Shown here piece by piece: positions 63,370 to 64,000 of a stretch of DNA of 64,000 nt (position 1 is its first letter; each line of letters opens with the position of its first letter). Below the pieces are notes generated by a model. That model made no database searches, was not told where the DNA came from, and saw only the letters and a list, made by a program, of their open reading frames with translations. Position numbers and translations under genes: made by a program. The stretch is from the human T2T-CHM13v2.0 reference genome, Homo sapiens: the NCBI RefSeq assembly GCF_009914755.1, contig NC_060928.1, one strand, 5' to 3'.

Positions 63370-63590
63370 ATGTGTAGCCTAATGAGAGAATATGTCAGCT
63401 CTGGAGCATGATTAAATGAATTTCAGTCCCAGCTCCTCTATTTATTAGAAGCAAGTTAGTTGTGCTCTCTATGTCTCAGTTTCCCCTTTTCTAAATGAAA
63501 ATAATAATGGTTCCTATCTCACACAGTTTTTGTGGGAGTTAGATTATGTTAATATGTAAAGAGCCTAGTAAATACTTAGCACATAAACAC
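63370..63590 (+). mobile_element. MIR
   Basis: ctctatgtctcagtttcccc...taaatgaaaataataatggttcctatctcac. Confidence 0.75.
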
Positions 63591-63619
63591 ACATACACAA
63601 AAAAAACACATTCTTATTC

Positions 63620-64000
63620 TCACAAACCAATTTTTATTTAACCAACCTGTATTAGAGTCTATTTCACAGCTTTCTTTCCTTTTCATTAATATACTAGTAC
63701 CACACTTTTAATTAATATAGCTTTATGTAGCATATACATATTAATATGTGCCTAGCAAATCCTCCCTAAATTTTCTCTCTATTTTTTTGTCAGAATTTTC
63801 TAGTCTATTGTTCCTTGATGATGTTTCCATATGAATCTTAGAGTCAACTAGTCTAATTAAAAAGAATTCTGGGTTTTTTTTTTTATCTTAAATTTATGGA
63901 TTAACTAGAGAAATGTCAGTTTTGTAATAGTAAGACTTCCTATCCAAGAACATAATATGTCTTACCATTTGTCAAAGTATTCTTTGTGTTCTTTAGTAAT
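63620..64000 (-). mobile_element. Old L1M ORF2 fragment, running off the window end
   Basis: gtaccacacttttaattaatatagctttat...ttccatatgaatcttagagtcaac...gacttcctatccaagaacat. Confidence 0.7.

Overview
Primate (human-like) AT-rich genomic DNA, roughly half of it interspersed repeats. It holds about 19 Alu/FLAM copies, one full-length but inactivated minus-strand L1PA (23377-29532, 15-bp TSD), several truncated or nested L1s, MaLR/ERVL/ERV1 solo LTRs, hAT-Charlie DNA transposon relics, MIR/L2 fragments and simple repeats. I recognise no known protein-coding gene, and most ORF-track entries are repeat-derived or chance ORFs. There are no RNA genes, CRISPR arrays or CpG islands. Three signals stand out. 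(1) The L1 5'UTR has an uninterrupted 110-aa antisense ORF0 homologue whose splice donor is in frame with a downstream genomic acceptor. (2) A chain of minus-strand exon-like segments (about 6.5-38.7 kb) partly splices into stop-free frames and could be a lncRNA, a decayed gene or chance. (3) A local duplication beside the L1 5' end carries a template-switch micro-inversion and a 33-bp repeat expansion. Repeat subfamily names come from my recall of consensus sequences, not from a search, and boundaries of old repeats are approximate.
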